64,000 nucleotides of DNA from Pseudogymnoascus verrucosus (lineage: Eukaryota): the NCBI GenBank assembly GCA_001662655.1, contig KV460266.1. One strand, given 5' to 3'. The notes under the pieces are model-generated. The model was not told where the DNA came from. It was given only the letters and a program-made list of their open reading frames with translations, and made no database searches. Positions within the stretch are counted from its first letter, which is position 1. Each line of letters begins with the position of its first letter. Below, one piece after another: positions 1 through 10,298 of the stretch. A program made the translations under genes and the position numbers.

Positions 1-379
1 TTATACTGCGTGACCTTCGGCAAATCCCGACATTAATGCTGTGTTACTTATCAAACGAGCATTTTCAATTCCATCAATTCTGAGGGAGGAGTGGGTGGTA
101 GAGGCAGTGATATTTAGCCAACGGTCAAGGTCACGAGCAGTATCAAGAGCTCTTGTTTTCAGATGGTTCCATGTCCAACAGCATGATGTCCAACAGCATG
201 ATGCATAATGTAATATTGTAGTGGCTATTTGCGCTAATTGTCAATTCCGTCTTTGTCGTTCTCACGCCCTTGGGTTCCTTTGCATAGTTGGCAATGAGCT
301 GGCGGCACGCTCTAATTTGCAAACTTCCCGAAGTTCATATACAAAGCTTCTCCATAAATGACTCCGAAGAATTATTCAG

Positions 380-1913
380 TCAGTCCGAGATCTTCGACGC
401 CTCTAAATCTAATGAACTAACACCACAGCTGTTCAGGTATGCATTGATGTTTCTTAAATCGTCCTGAATTTCATTTGAGAGCCCTTTAGCATCCTCAAAA
501 CCTCGTATAGCTTTGCGGACAGCTTTGTGAGAGTCCTTGCATGTATGTTGTGAGGTTTCGCCATCCTAAACGTAAAATCAGCGGTACGCCCTCGTGCCTC
601 CCTCAGCATGCCTTACCTTGATTCTAGAATCAAAAACTATCAAAGCTGTACAAGCAAAGACGGCTTGCTTTATCCTTTCTTCAACCCTGTTCTCCTCTGA
701 ATCGGAGAGAAATTTCTGGGGAGCAGAATGAGGCTGCGAATCACCGCAAATGCATAAACGGTAACCAATTTCCCGTAGTCTTTCCTTGAGAAATTCACCA
801 GTTGCAAACTAGACGGGTCATTGTCAGCTATATTTTGTTAGTTAGGGGTACAAGAAGAAACACTGACAAACATGTATTGCCAATCAGTAGTGATCTTTTC
901 CTTGGTTCTCCTGCCGTTTGATATAGAATTCCAATTTTCTGTCAATTGGCCAAAGACACAGCCTTTCTCAATCTCGGAACCTTGCCCAAAAGCAAATTTG
1001 TAAAACGCCTCCCATGGGGGTGACAGAATCTTCATTTTGTTAGCTTGAAATAGCCATGCGACGCGGCATAGCAGTTCGTGATGTTTAGGAGGCATCTGGC
1101 CATGGACCTTTTTGAAAGCACCTTGCACAGCCTCATCTTTCATTCCCGCGCATAGTCGTGCACCCCATAACCTTTGCAGTATGTCAAGACTTTGTCTAGA
1201 GTAAATCGCACTCGGAATTTGAGTCATGGATCTAGGTTCCTTGCGGGGTGGGGGAGGAGACAAGCCCTCTTTCTCAGCCGTTTCGTCAGGCGTAGATACG
1301 GGTTGAAGGTTACTATCATTCCTATATTGTATAAGCAGGGGAAATGGCAAAGGAGCTGATTAACATACACTATATTCACCATCCTATTTGTCTCGGTTGT
1401 TTCCTCCACGTCTGAAGCAAGCCCATCATCTAATGTCGCATTAGAGTCTCTCAGCCTTGAATTTTGGACTTTAGTAACAGTGATATCTTCACTGTCAATT
1501 TGCCCATAGCTGCTGCCAAATAGCGTTTCCTCCAGACGTATCCTAACACAGTAAGTGCCAGGATTTGTAATAGTCAGAGTAAAGCAAAACTTCATCTTGA
1601 TGGGTGAGACACGTTGCCCAGTCTCAACTGTGTTTCCGTCAAGCTTGCCCTCACCGGTGTAGCTAAGTAGTGTTGCTATGGCGCGGAGATCTCGGCGGTC
1701 CAAACCATAGCAACCCAATTCAACTACGATTGGTAGAGCAACACCAGCCTGGACTGTTTTTGGAATCGAAACGAGAAGTCCAACGTCGGAGAGAACGTCG
1801 GAGGCAACTTTGGAGGCAGCGGATGATGGCATATCATTAGTGGTGTCATTGCGGCCAGGCGAGTCACGACGCAGCATGCGCTGAAGTTCTGTTGCGGGTG
1901 TCGAGTCGGCCAT
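380..1913 (-). CDS. Velvet-like domain protein with unknown C-terminal region (4 exons)
   Basis: ORFs 1224..1913 and 838..1350 are joined by GT-AG introns (~1323-1379, ~828-868, ~567-617); stop at 380-382. The pattern LLVSIPKTVQAGVALPIVVEL..AIATL..LDGNTVETG..FCFTLTITNPGTYCVRIRL..IDSEDITV resembles the velvet fold (F.F.DL.I...G.YRLR..L..S..F.V). Confidence 0.6.
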
Positions 1914-2609
1914 GGCAATAGGGAATAATTAGGCAAGGCAAAGAAGAGCAGCGGTAAAATTTAGCCAGTGGTTCGGGTAAGTGTGTGAGGCGGCTTTGTG
2001 GCAATGATAAGTTTCCAGGTTTTATATCAGTATAGTCGGTGCAAATAAGAACCTGGCTTTGCTGGGTTCTTCTCCGAGAAATGAGGGTAAGCAGGATTCT
2101 TATAGCAGCGAAGATAGCCCACGATGATAATGACATGGTCCCCACCCCAGCTCTCCCAGCGACGACCACCCCCCACCACCCCCGCTCATCACCAGCCTTC
2201 GGACCCCCCACGTTCCCCCAATCATAACCACGCGCGCCAGGCCAGTGCAACCAGACTCATCGACGCCGTCGCGTCCCGGGCGAGACATGACCAAAAGGGG
2301 GCACGAGATACCCTGAACAGGACCCTATTAGGGTGAGGTGTCTGAGGCCAGCTCGCGACAGCGAGAGGGACGGACGGATTGGGGTGCGGCGTACGCGGGG
2401 AGTTAAGTGGCTCAAGAACTTGAAGGACGACGATAAGGTAGAGTCTAGATCAATCCCAAAGGTTCCTTCGTACAATCATTTATGAAGAGTCAAGATTAAG
2501 AGTTGGTATTCTATATTGCAAGCACTTTAAAAGCTAGGCCACTACAGCGTGAATGTGAGTCTAACAACCTCTCAGAAGCCCCGCACAAAAGTTCACCCGT
2601 CACCGTCTT

Positions 2610-3094
2610 CTAATATATGCTAGCCCTGTGAACATAGCTGTTAGCTGCCGTGGCGGATTGCGTATGTGGCTTATTGAATATCTCCTTCTCTAATTCCTTA
2701 TGGTATTCAATCAAGACCTTTATGGATTCTGGCGTTAGCTTCAAGGTGACCTCTTGCTGTGCCGACACATTCGTGGAGACCATATATGCAAGGGCCCATA
2801 TGGTAGTTGCTGGGAATGGTAAAAGGGAGCGAAGCTTCTCCTTTGCCAGTGTTTGTTTCCATTCCTTGGATCTTAACTTGAGCTCCCATGGTCTCGCGAT
2901 AGGCGCATCTCGAGGAGGATTGGCCATCTTCCTCATCTTTCCTACACTAAGGGGGGGATTAGCGGGTTGTTAATGGGATATGGGAGTTGTGGTACATACC
3001 TTGGTCTTACTGGCCGAACATGAGTCGCAGGTTGCGACAAGGCCAAGCCGCGGCTCCTTCTTCGCGGCTTGGCCTTGTCGTTGGCGTTGGGCAT
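2610..3094 (-). CDS. Small basic hypothetical protein (2 exons)
   Basis: A GTATGT..GCTAAT..TAG intron joins MPNANDKAKPRRRSR... in frame to ORF 2610..2936. No recognisable domain; start uncertain. Confidence 0.35.
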
Positions 3095-3443
3095 GGAGCC
3101 GTTTATAATGAAAGCAATCAACCGGAATGGATGACTTGTTGTCCAGCATATTCGTTCGCAGACAGCACACCTCTTCACGGACTGAGAGAGATATATCCAT
3201 ACTCTCTTGAGCTCCTTGTCAACGTGGATTTGTATGGGCTTTTCGTTGTCGGGGCGAAGATAGGTATGATTGAGTGTTGGGAGTAGAGTTGCAGTTGGAT
3301 GAGGAGGACGAAGCGGCAGTTTGATGGAGTAACGTTGACAGCTACGGGCCCGCACTCGTGGCCATTGCCCAGGTCTGCCCTGTGGGTGCCGTCGCCGATA
3401 GCTTCAAACACCTTCTAGAAATGAACGGCATTTCCTCTTGCGC

Positions 3444-5636
3444 TTACGATGGAGGTTGCACGCCCGTACCTGATTCCACGCGATTTGTCCGCCTATGAGC
3501 ACTTTTTATGTGACGCTTAGTACTGTCAGCCCGGGAAAAGGAGCGTGTGCAGCCTAGCTGGGGGCAGTACTGTTTGGAGGATTGTTAGGTATCCGTTCTT
3601 TTAGTAGGTGTTATAGGGGGTAGCGTAGGTTAAAACCGTAAGAAAAAATGGGGAAAGCAAGGAAGAAGAAGTAAAGGGGACGTACATATGGTTTCGGTAC
3701 CCGCCGACGCCATGTCTCAGCCCTAATCCCATGAACATTCTTTAGATGACGCCGTCCATTACCAGCCTGGGTAAAGCGGCGCGTGCAACCAGGGTAGGGG
3801 CAAGGCTGTTAGGAGGATTGTTAGTGTCTGTTTTTTTATTAGGTATTATAGGAGGTAGTGTAGGTTAAAACCGTAAGAAAAACTGGGGAAAGCAAGGAAG
3901 AAGAAGTAAAGGGGACGTACATATGGTTTCGGTACCCGCCGACGCCATGTCTCAGCCCTAATCCCATGAACATTCTTTAGATGACGCCGTCCATTACCAG
4001 CCTGGGTAAAGCGGCGCGTGCAACCAGGGTAGGGGCAAGGCTGTTAGGAGGATTGTTAGTGTCTGTTTTTTTATGAGGTATTATAGGAGCTGGGGTGGGT
4101 TAAAAGTGTGATAAGAGAAGGGGTGGATGCAAGGAAAACGAAGTAAAAGAAACTTACATATGGTTTTATACTTAAATGAGTACGCTTATGCTCCTTTAGA
4201 TACCATTTTTCAAAGAACACCTTATCACACCCTGTAGTGCTCGCACCTGTACTTGCGCCTGCACCGCCAGCACCTACGCCGCCTCCAGATCCGCTTCTAC
4301 TATCCTCGCCTTCTGATTTGCTTTCGCCGTCCGCGCAAGACAAGGAGCGCATTGAGTGGCTGTCCCATTTGTCTGGCAAGGCCTCGTTGGGTGTGAAACT
4401 CTTGCTGTCCTGTGCTTGCGCCTCCTCAGCCTGCCAATTCATCCATATACCATTAACTCTGACAATCTCAACCAAACTGCATTGTAGTTAGTTATACGAA
4501 GACCAACGATGACTATGGAAGACTAACCACTTGATGCCGCTATGCGTCTCATACAAATATTTGTCTCCTAGCTTTTTCCCAAGCACATCTTCCAACATCC
4601 ATAGAAGGGGATCATATTTCAGCTGAGCAACAGCATCTAAAGTTCCCCTATCATATGTGCTAAAGTAGGCTTCAAATTCAGAGGACTTGAAGAGGGCATA
4701 ATGTATTGAAAATTTGTCGCCGTTAGTGATGGGCTCACCGTATCCTTCCTGGATGCAGAAAGACCCTACCAAATTATGAAGGTTCGTGCTTATTTCGACT
4801 GTAGGGGTTTGGGAGGTGTTGTACTTTAGGGTTTCTGGTACGGTGGCAGAAACGGCGGTAGAGTGTCGTTCCAAGGAAACCGCCTCTTTGTCGCCAGAGA
4901 GGCTGTAGATGCTCGATATCGTTTCCGCCAATTCTTCATTTTGATTGCCAAGATGGGGGGGTGGCTCCAAGCCCATCCTATGGTCGCCCGAGCCGCTGCC
5001 GTTGGTGCATTTCTCTCCGCTGGGCTTGTAGGTGATGCACCAGAAGCAGTTTGTCTGTTGAAAATATTGTTAGTGTTGTGTTGAATTTCTCGCAATGAGG
5101 AGGAAACGTACACTCAACATAGCTTGTTGCTCTTGGCTTAACGCTGGAGCTGGATGTGCCGGATGTTGCGATGGACGCATCATCGTCGACATTTCTTTTG
5201 TAGCGGGGGAAAGGGCGGCAGAGAGTGGTTCTAAGGAGGAGATCACCTCTTTGCCGCTAGAGAGGCTGTCGGTGCTTAATATCGCTATTGCGCCTGTCAA
5301 CTCTCCGCTTTGTTTGCTGAGCAGTAGCGGGGCCTCCCAACCCATCTCGTAGTCGTCAGAGGCGTAACTGTTATGCGGCGAGGAGGACAAAAGGATCGAT
5401 GTGACAGCATCCTCCTGCTGCGCCGGCCCAGGACGCAGTTGTCGCCCCATACAGCGCTCGTAGGTGCATGTCTCATTGCTGGATATGCATCGGTGGCAAG
5501 GGGTCGTACCGGTGCATTTCAACTTGCGCTTGCGGCAGAGGCTGCATGCCACAGATTGACGCTTGGGCTTGTATGCCCGGTCGTAGGGTAAGAACCGAAC
5601 CGGTTTCCCATAGGTTTTGGCCTCTTTCTGCTGAAA
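3444..5636 (-). CDS. Multidomain zinc-finger protein: Zn2Cys6 cluster + degenerate FKBP-like domain + C2H2 finger array (5' end unresolved)
   Basis: Zn2Cys6 motif ACSLCRKRKLKCTGTTPCHRCISSNETC. Introns 5055-5111, 4477-4527, 4041-4157, 3806-3920 and 3570-3685 keep one frame through an FKBP-like segment (IQEGYGEPITNGDKFSIHY..FSTYDRG..LGKKLGDK..LVEIVRVN). The fingers follow: GCDKVF..HKRTH, 2x CPYPGCTRRFTQAGNGRRHLKNVH, CPQLGCTRSFSRADSTKRHIKSAH. Stop at 3444-3446. Confidence 0.65.
3570..4157. repeat. 235-bp tandem duplication of an exon+intron unit encoding one C2H2 finger
   Basis: Exons 3686-3805 and 3921-4040 are identical (120 bp). The three flanking introns share GGAGGATTGTTAG, TTATAGG and GGTTAAAA blocks. 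Confidence 0.9.
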
Positions 5637-7197
5637 CTATTGTCAGCAATGTGTCTATCTGGTATAGTGTAGGAGTTGCCTGCGTGGAGCTGGTTTTCTG
5701 CGTCGCGCTTTGCTTTTTCGCCTGTGGGGGGAGTAATTGTCAGACTCCATCCATCACCACCCGCGCCCCCAAAACCCGTCTTCGGGACTCCATCAAACAC
5801 TGAGCCATGCCATTGCTGCTGCATTGGTCCTGATGGCGCCGCTGGTAATGCGGGCCAGGCGGAGCTGTTATAGGTGTTCATTTCCTGTGTGGTCCAGGCG
5901 CAAGCAGGATAGGTGGTGTGTTGGTAGTCCTCTCTGGCAGTGGTGGTGCTTGTGATTGTATGCAATGGGGAGAGCGAGGATAGAGGGGTAGGGAGGATGG
6001 GTTGTGCTTGGTAGAGCTGTGGCGAGATGTCGGAACCCTCATCCTCATAATCGGCGTCGTCGTCCTCCTCCTCGTCTGGTACTCCGGCGCCGTCGTTGAC
6101 GCACACGGTTGTGGAGCCGTCGAGCTCGCCGCGGCGATAGCGCTCTTCGCTGTAGAGGACTTGGAAGAGCTGGGTGAGGAAGGGGCGCTTCTCGGCGTTC
6201 TTAGGCTTTTCGCGGTCGGCGAACCAGGTGGCCATGGCTTCGCGGGTGACTTCCTCAAGCTTTGCGACGGTGACACCGCGTAGGCGGGCCTGGCTCTTAG
6301 AATCTTGGTTTACGACGAGGCCGAGGATGTGCATGAGAAGGATGATGCGCTCTAGATATTATATTAGTTCGAGTCCATTTCAAACTGGAGAAGGGGTAAC
6401 ATACCGCGCTTGTGCAAGTGATCTGGCTCCTTATGCCTGATCTTGTTTGGTCCCGTCATTGCGGGCCACCACGGAGGCCTCTTCGACGCACCCTTAGTGT
6501 ATGGGTACGTACGCTGCTTCTTTGGCTCGAGGAGCTTGACCCATGCCTTTCCAAGGACCTTGCACCCATTCTGTTGTATATCCTTGAGGCACTGGCGGTA
6601 GACATCGTCGCGGGCGGCGTCGTCGCCGATGGAGATTGTGCGGGTGGGAAGGGTATGGGTGGCAGGGACGGCAGCGCGGATGCGCTTGCGACCCCCTGGG
6701 CTCCTAGACGAGTCGGTGGAGTAGTCGTCATTGTTGGCACTGTTGGAGGGGGCAGAGAGACGATTCCGAACCGATGCGTTGATTTGGCCGCGGCAGCGGG
6801 CGTTGTTGCAGGTCTGGCTTTGCATCTCCGTCCCCTCTGCACTGAATTCGCAATTGAGCATATTGTGACCTGGCGCGACGAGTTAGTGGTGGCAGTGGTG
6901 TTTGAGTGGCTAGGACGTACGCAATGGCTGGCGGCCGGAACCCATGAGGAGCTCATTCTGAAATTCAGGCGTGAAGAGGGATTTGGGGTCCGTCTTCATG
7001 TCGTCGGAAACGAAGGTAGAGATCTGGCCATCTGGGTGGATTACGGCGAGGGCAAAGGCGGCGGATTCGATACCGCAGTATTTGTTTAGGGCGACGTTGA
7101 TGCCCTGTAGCGCGTTATGCTCGGTTCATTATAGCTAGATTCCCGTGATGCTTACTATGTCCATCGGCGCCGGCTCGGTCATCAGCGTTGCGGGCAT
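5519..7197 (-). CDS. DUF2841 family protein (YDR124W / hrmA-associated-cluster-like helical domain)
   Basis: Signature YRQCLKDIQQNGCKVLGKAWVKLLEPKKQRTYPY..PPWWP..RHKEPDHL, with N-terminal FALAVIHPDG. ATG at 7197 and GT-AG introns link ORFs 6364..6861 and 5519..6334; 3' end uncertain. Confidence 0.85.
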
Positions 7198-7931
7198 GGC
7201 GGCAGCCGCCGGTTTGGGTTGGAGGGATAGGTACGGATCGTATAGTATGCCAACTGGTCTCTCGTCGAGGGAAATAAGGCCGAATAGGGTTGATAGGATG
7301 AGAGCTAGTCTGACGGAATGTTAGAGACATCATGCTACGATGTGAGAATGGGCGGCGCGAGTCTTAGGCCTCAACGACTTACTGGCAAAAGCAAGGCTGC
7401 GAATAGCAGTGATGGCAGCGAGAATGACTCTCTTTTGCTCGAGAAACCTCTTCACTGGTCTGTCGTGACTACCTTGGTAGAAAGCGTCTATATGTCTGTC
7501 TGTTGTCAAATGATAAAGGGGTAAACCCACTCTGGTGTAATGTAGTAAAGTATAAACCAAGCATTTTGCCGTCTAAGGCGGAAGGAGGATGCTCTCTATA
7601 TAGAAGAAAACCGCACCCTCCAGAGGCACCCCCCCTCCCCTACTAGTCTTCGCCATCCCTCCCCAATCAGATCCCCCCTGCCGCCACGCCAATACCTAGC
7701 AGCAAACGAGGACATGCAGCCGTGAGCGCGAATGGTGTAGAGAGATGTTGGAGAAAGGAACTGGTTAATTGGATAATACACCTATATAAAAAGTCGGAGA
7801 CATCGTTTGAAGATGATGACACAACGCCAACTATTGGGTAATATAGATATACAACGGGAATTTTATCACAAGTGCCTAACAATTTGTGCACAACATAGAT
7901 TCGCAAGCCATCTCTAAAATATTCAGCGTCT

Positions 7932-8625
7932 TTAAACTTCTACATAATCCTCGGCCGTATTTTCTTCCTCCTTGTTCATATGCTCCTCAATAATAACGAA
8001 GCGTGCACAGATATCGTCATCATCAGGGACAGGAAATTGGACCCAATGATCGCCCTCTCTAATGGAGTGTATGTTCCTGTGTTCATAAAAAAAATGAACC
8101 CCATGGTAGAGAGGGGTTGTCTTCCAATCTCTCAAGTCATGGCATTTCATGTATACATTAACACATTTCTCGTGGAGAAGGGCAGATTTCCATCTCCATT
8201 CCTTTACCAGATAATCCTCCACATCGTTGCAAACAAACGGAAGTCGATCTGCTAAGGCAAGGGAATGCTTCATGGCACCTTCTAAACTTTCTGTTGCAGC
8301 GTCCTTGATTGTGTGAAGAACAGAATCGTCTATTGGATTTACTTAGCACGGTGCACAATATCAAAGAAATAATGAACATACCATTTTTGTGCAGGCAGTC
8401 CACCATTAAGATACGTAGCCAGACAGCGTCCCAGTACATATTTCCTTTATTTGTATCACGAAACGCTTCGGCGCAAGCCGGAGTATGTATAACCCACCGA
8501 GGGAGATACACGAACGGATTCTTGTGCTCCTTGTCGAAGTATGGTTGTATGACATCTTCATCGTCGGGGCGCAGAGCGTTGGATGGAAGTTCTGACCTTT
8601 TAGGTGGACCGATAGAGTAAGACAT
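7932..8625 (-). CDS. Hypothetical protein (2 exons)
   Basis: A GTATGT..TAG intron joins ORF 8158..8625 in frame (NDDSVLHTIKDAATESLEGAMK) to ORF 7932..8273. Confidence 0.6.
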
Positions 8626-8982
8626 AATGGAGTGATATGAATATTGTTTTGGAGGAGAGGTGGCGAGTCTGTTTTACGGGAATATATGCCAATATATATC
8701 TCTTGGGTCTCTAGGAGATGATCAACTACCAAGTAATATAGTGAGGCGGAAGGGGGCCGAAGGTTGTCACAGTGGAGTATTCAAGGCAGACCAACAAATG
8801 GCGCCATAGAGGCGAGTCATATTTTCGAGGCGGTTCTAAAAGTACAATGTGCCTGCGCTTGTAGGTGGCAACTAGGGCGCATTATCTCCTGCGAAAGCCA
8901 ATTGTCTCTCTCTTTCTCCGAATGAGGCTTGAGCACTTTTTCCAAATCGGACTGGTCGTCCGCATGAGGCTTGCCGAAACAA

Positions 8983-9726
8983 CTATCTACCAGCAAAGTT
9001 AATAATACTGCAAGAAGTATTGGTTGTCTCACGTACCAAGTAAGTTGCAGTTCGGTCAATGATGCAGTGGCTGTATAAAGCCAATGAAAACGACGTAGTG
9101 ACAGTGATGATGAAACAGACAGCTATATTCCAGAGAAGGTCTGCAGTTACTTTTTTTGCAAGATCTGGATCTGAGCTGAGAGGTTGTTCCCGTTGGCGGT
9201 AAATAATTAGATATACCAAAACCATCTGGAAGTATTCGACCAAAAAAAAGGAGAGAATTGCGTAGTCAATAGTTTTTTGAAGTTCAGTGTTTAGCATAAA
9301 ACCTGTGGCCACGGAAAGCCCAAGCTCGATAACAAAACAGACAAATGTAGGTCCTATTACCCATAACGTATACCACACTCTCGGATCTGACTTCGAACAT
9401 GCATCATACCACGCACTTAGATGTGAAACCTAAACAGGTTAGCAGAGTTATTTTTTGATAATTTGCGTTTGTGATACCTGACAGATACCCCCTACGCTAA
9501 TGACGGAAACGAGTAATATTGGAACAGCAGCCTCATTTCCTGTGTAAAGAAACAGTAGCGTGGCAAGGATGATGAGGACGGCTGACAGAACTGGTTGAAA
9601 TAGCAACTGCCAGCGGTGGCTAAGATCGGTACGTTTTCCCCACAGCCGGACGGCACTTATGGCGAATTCAGCCGTACTCAAACACAAGGCGGCGATAGCG
9701 ACCACAAAAACTTGCAGGGCCGACAT
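8983..9726 (-). CDS. Hypothetical multi-pass membrane protein (about 6 hydrophobic segments)
   Basis: Two hydrophobic ORFs (9448..9777, 8983..9378) joined by a GTATCA..CTAAC..TAG intron; ATG at 9726. Confidence 0.65.
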
Positions 9727-10159
9727 GTCGAGGAGGAAATGATAGACGGAGGGCCGTGTCTGCCTGGAAACGCTCACCGAAGTGAAAGCATGCAGGAAAG
9801 GGACCGGTGAAGAATGAAGGTGACACTGAGAGTTAAGAACAGCGGTGAAGCTGAACCGGTGAAGGTATGAATGAGATGAAGAAGGCAGAGACTTATACCG
9901 ACCTTATTCATATACATGAATTGGATCTCCATGTTGGAGCACATGGCTTGCTTGACACAGCTCGTCAGACCAATATCACATCGATTACTTTCTTATTCAT
10001 ACAGGGTTTCTTCAGAGAGCTTCCCGAGACAGTAGATGCTCTACTAAGGGGACAAGATTAATTCTGGTTGAAACCAACATCGTACGTCGTCAGTCTTCAA
10101 CTAACAAATGTGACTGAGACGCATGATTCGTTGCCCAACTACTTCTGCCCCTGTCATTT

Positions 10160-10229
10160 TTGGAGCTAATCCTAGTTTGTAAAACTTTTTTTTAAAGAAT
10201 AAAGTTTTACAAACTAGGATTAGCTCCAA
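10160..10229. repeat. Perfect 29-bp inverted repeat with 12-nt spacer
   Basis: TTGGAGCTAATCCTAGTTTGTAAAACTTT (10160-10188) and its exact reverse complement (10201-10229). Confidence 0.95.
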
Positions 10230-10298
10230 CAATTAGGCTTGTCCACTTTTGTCATCGAACCTCGACCTTCATCGAAGCCTTTCCAAAACATCACAACA

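Noticed and set aside
172..204. 15-bp tandem duplication TGTCCAACAGCATGA
   Set aside because: Two-copy slippage event in non-coding DNA with no further structure.
2139..2220. C-rich tract (G-quadruplex potential on the minus strand) upstream of the velvet-like gene
   Set aside because: Irregular low-complexity runs with no independent support for function.
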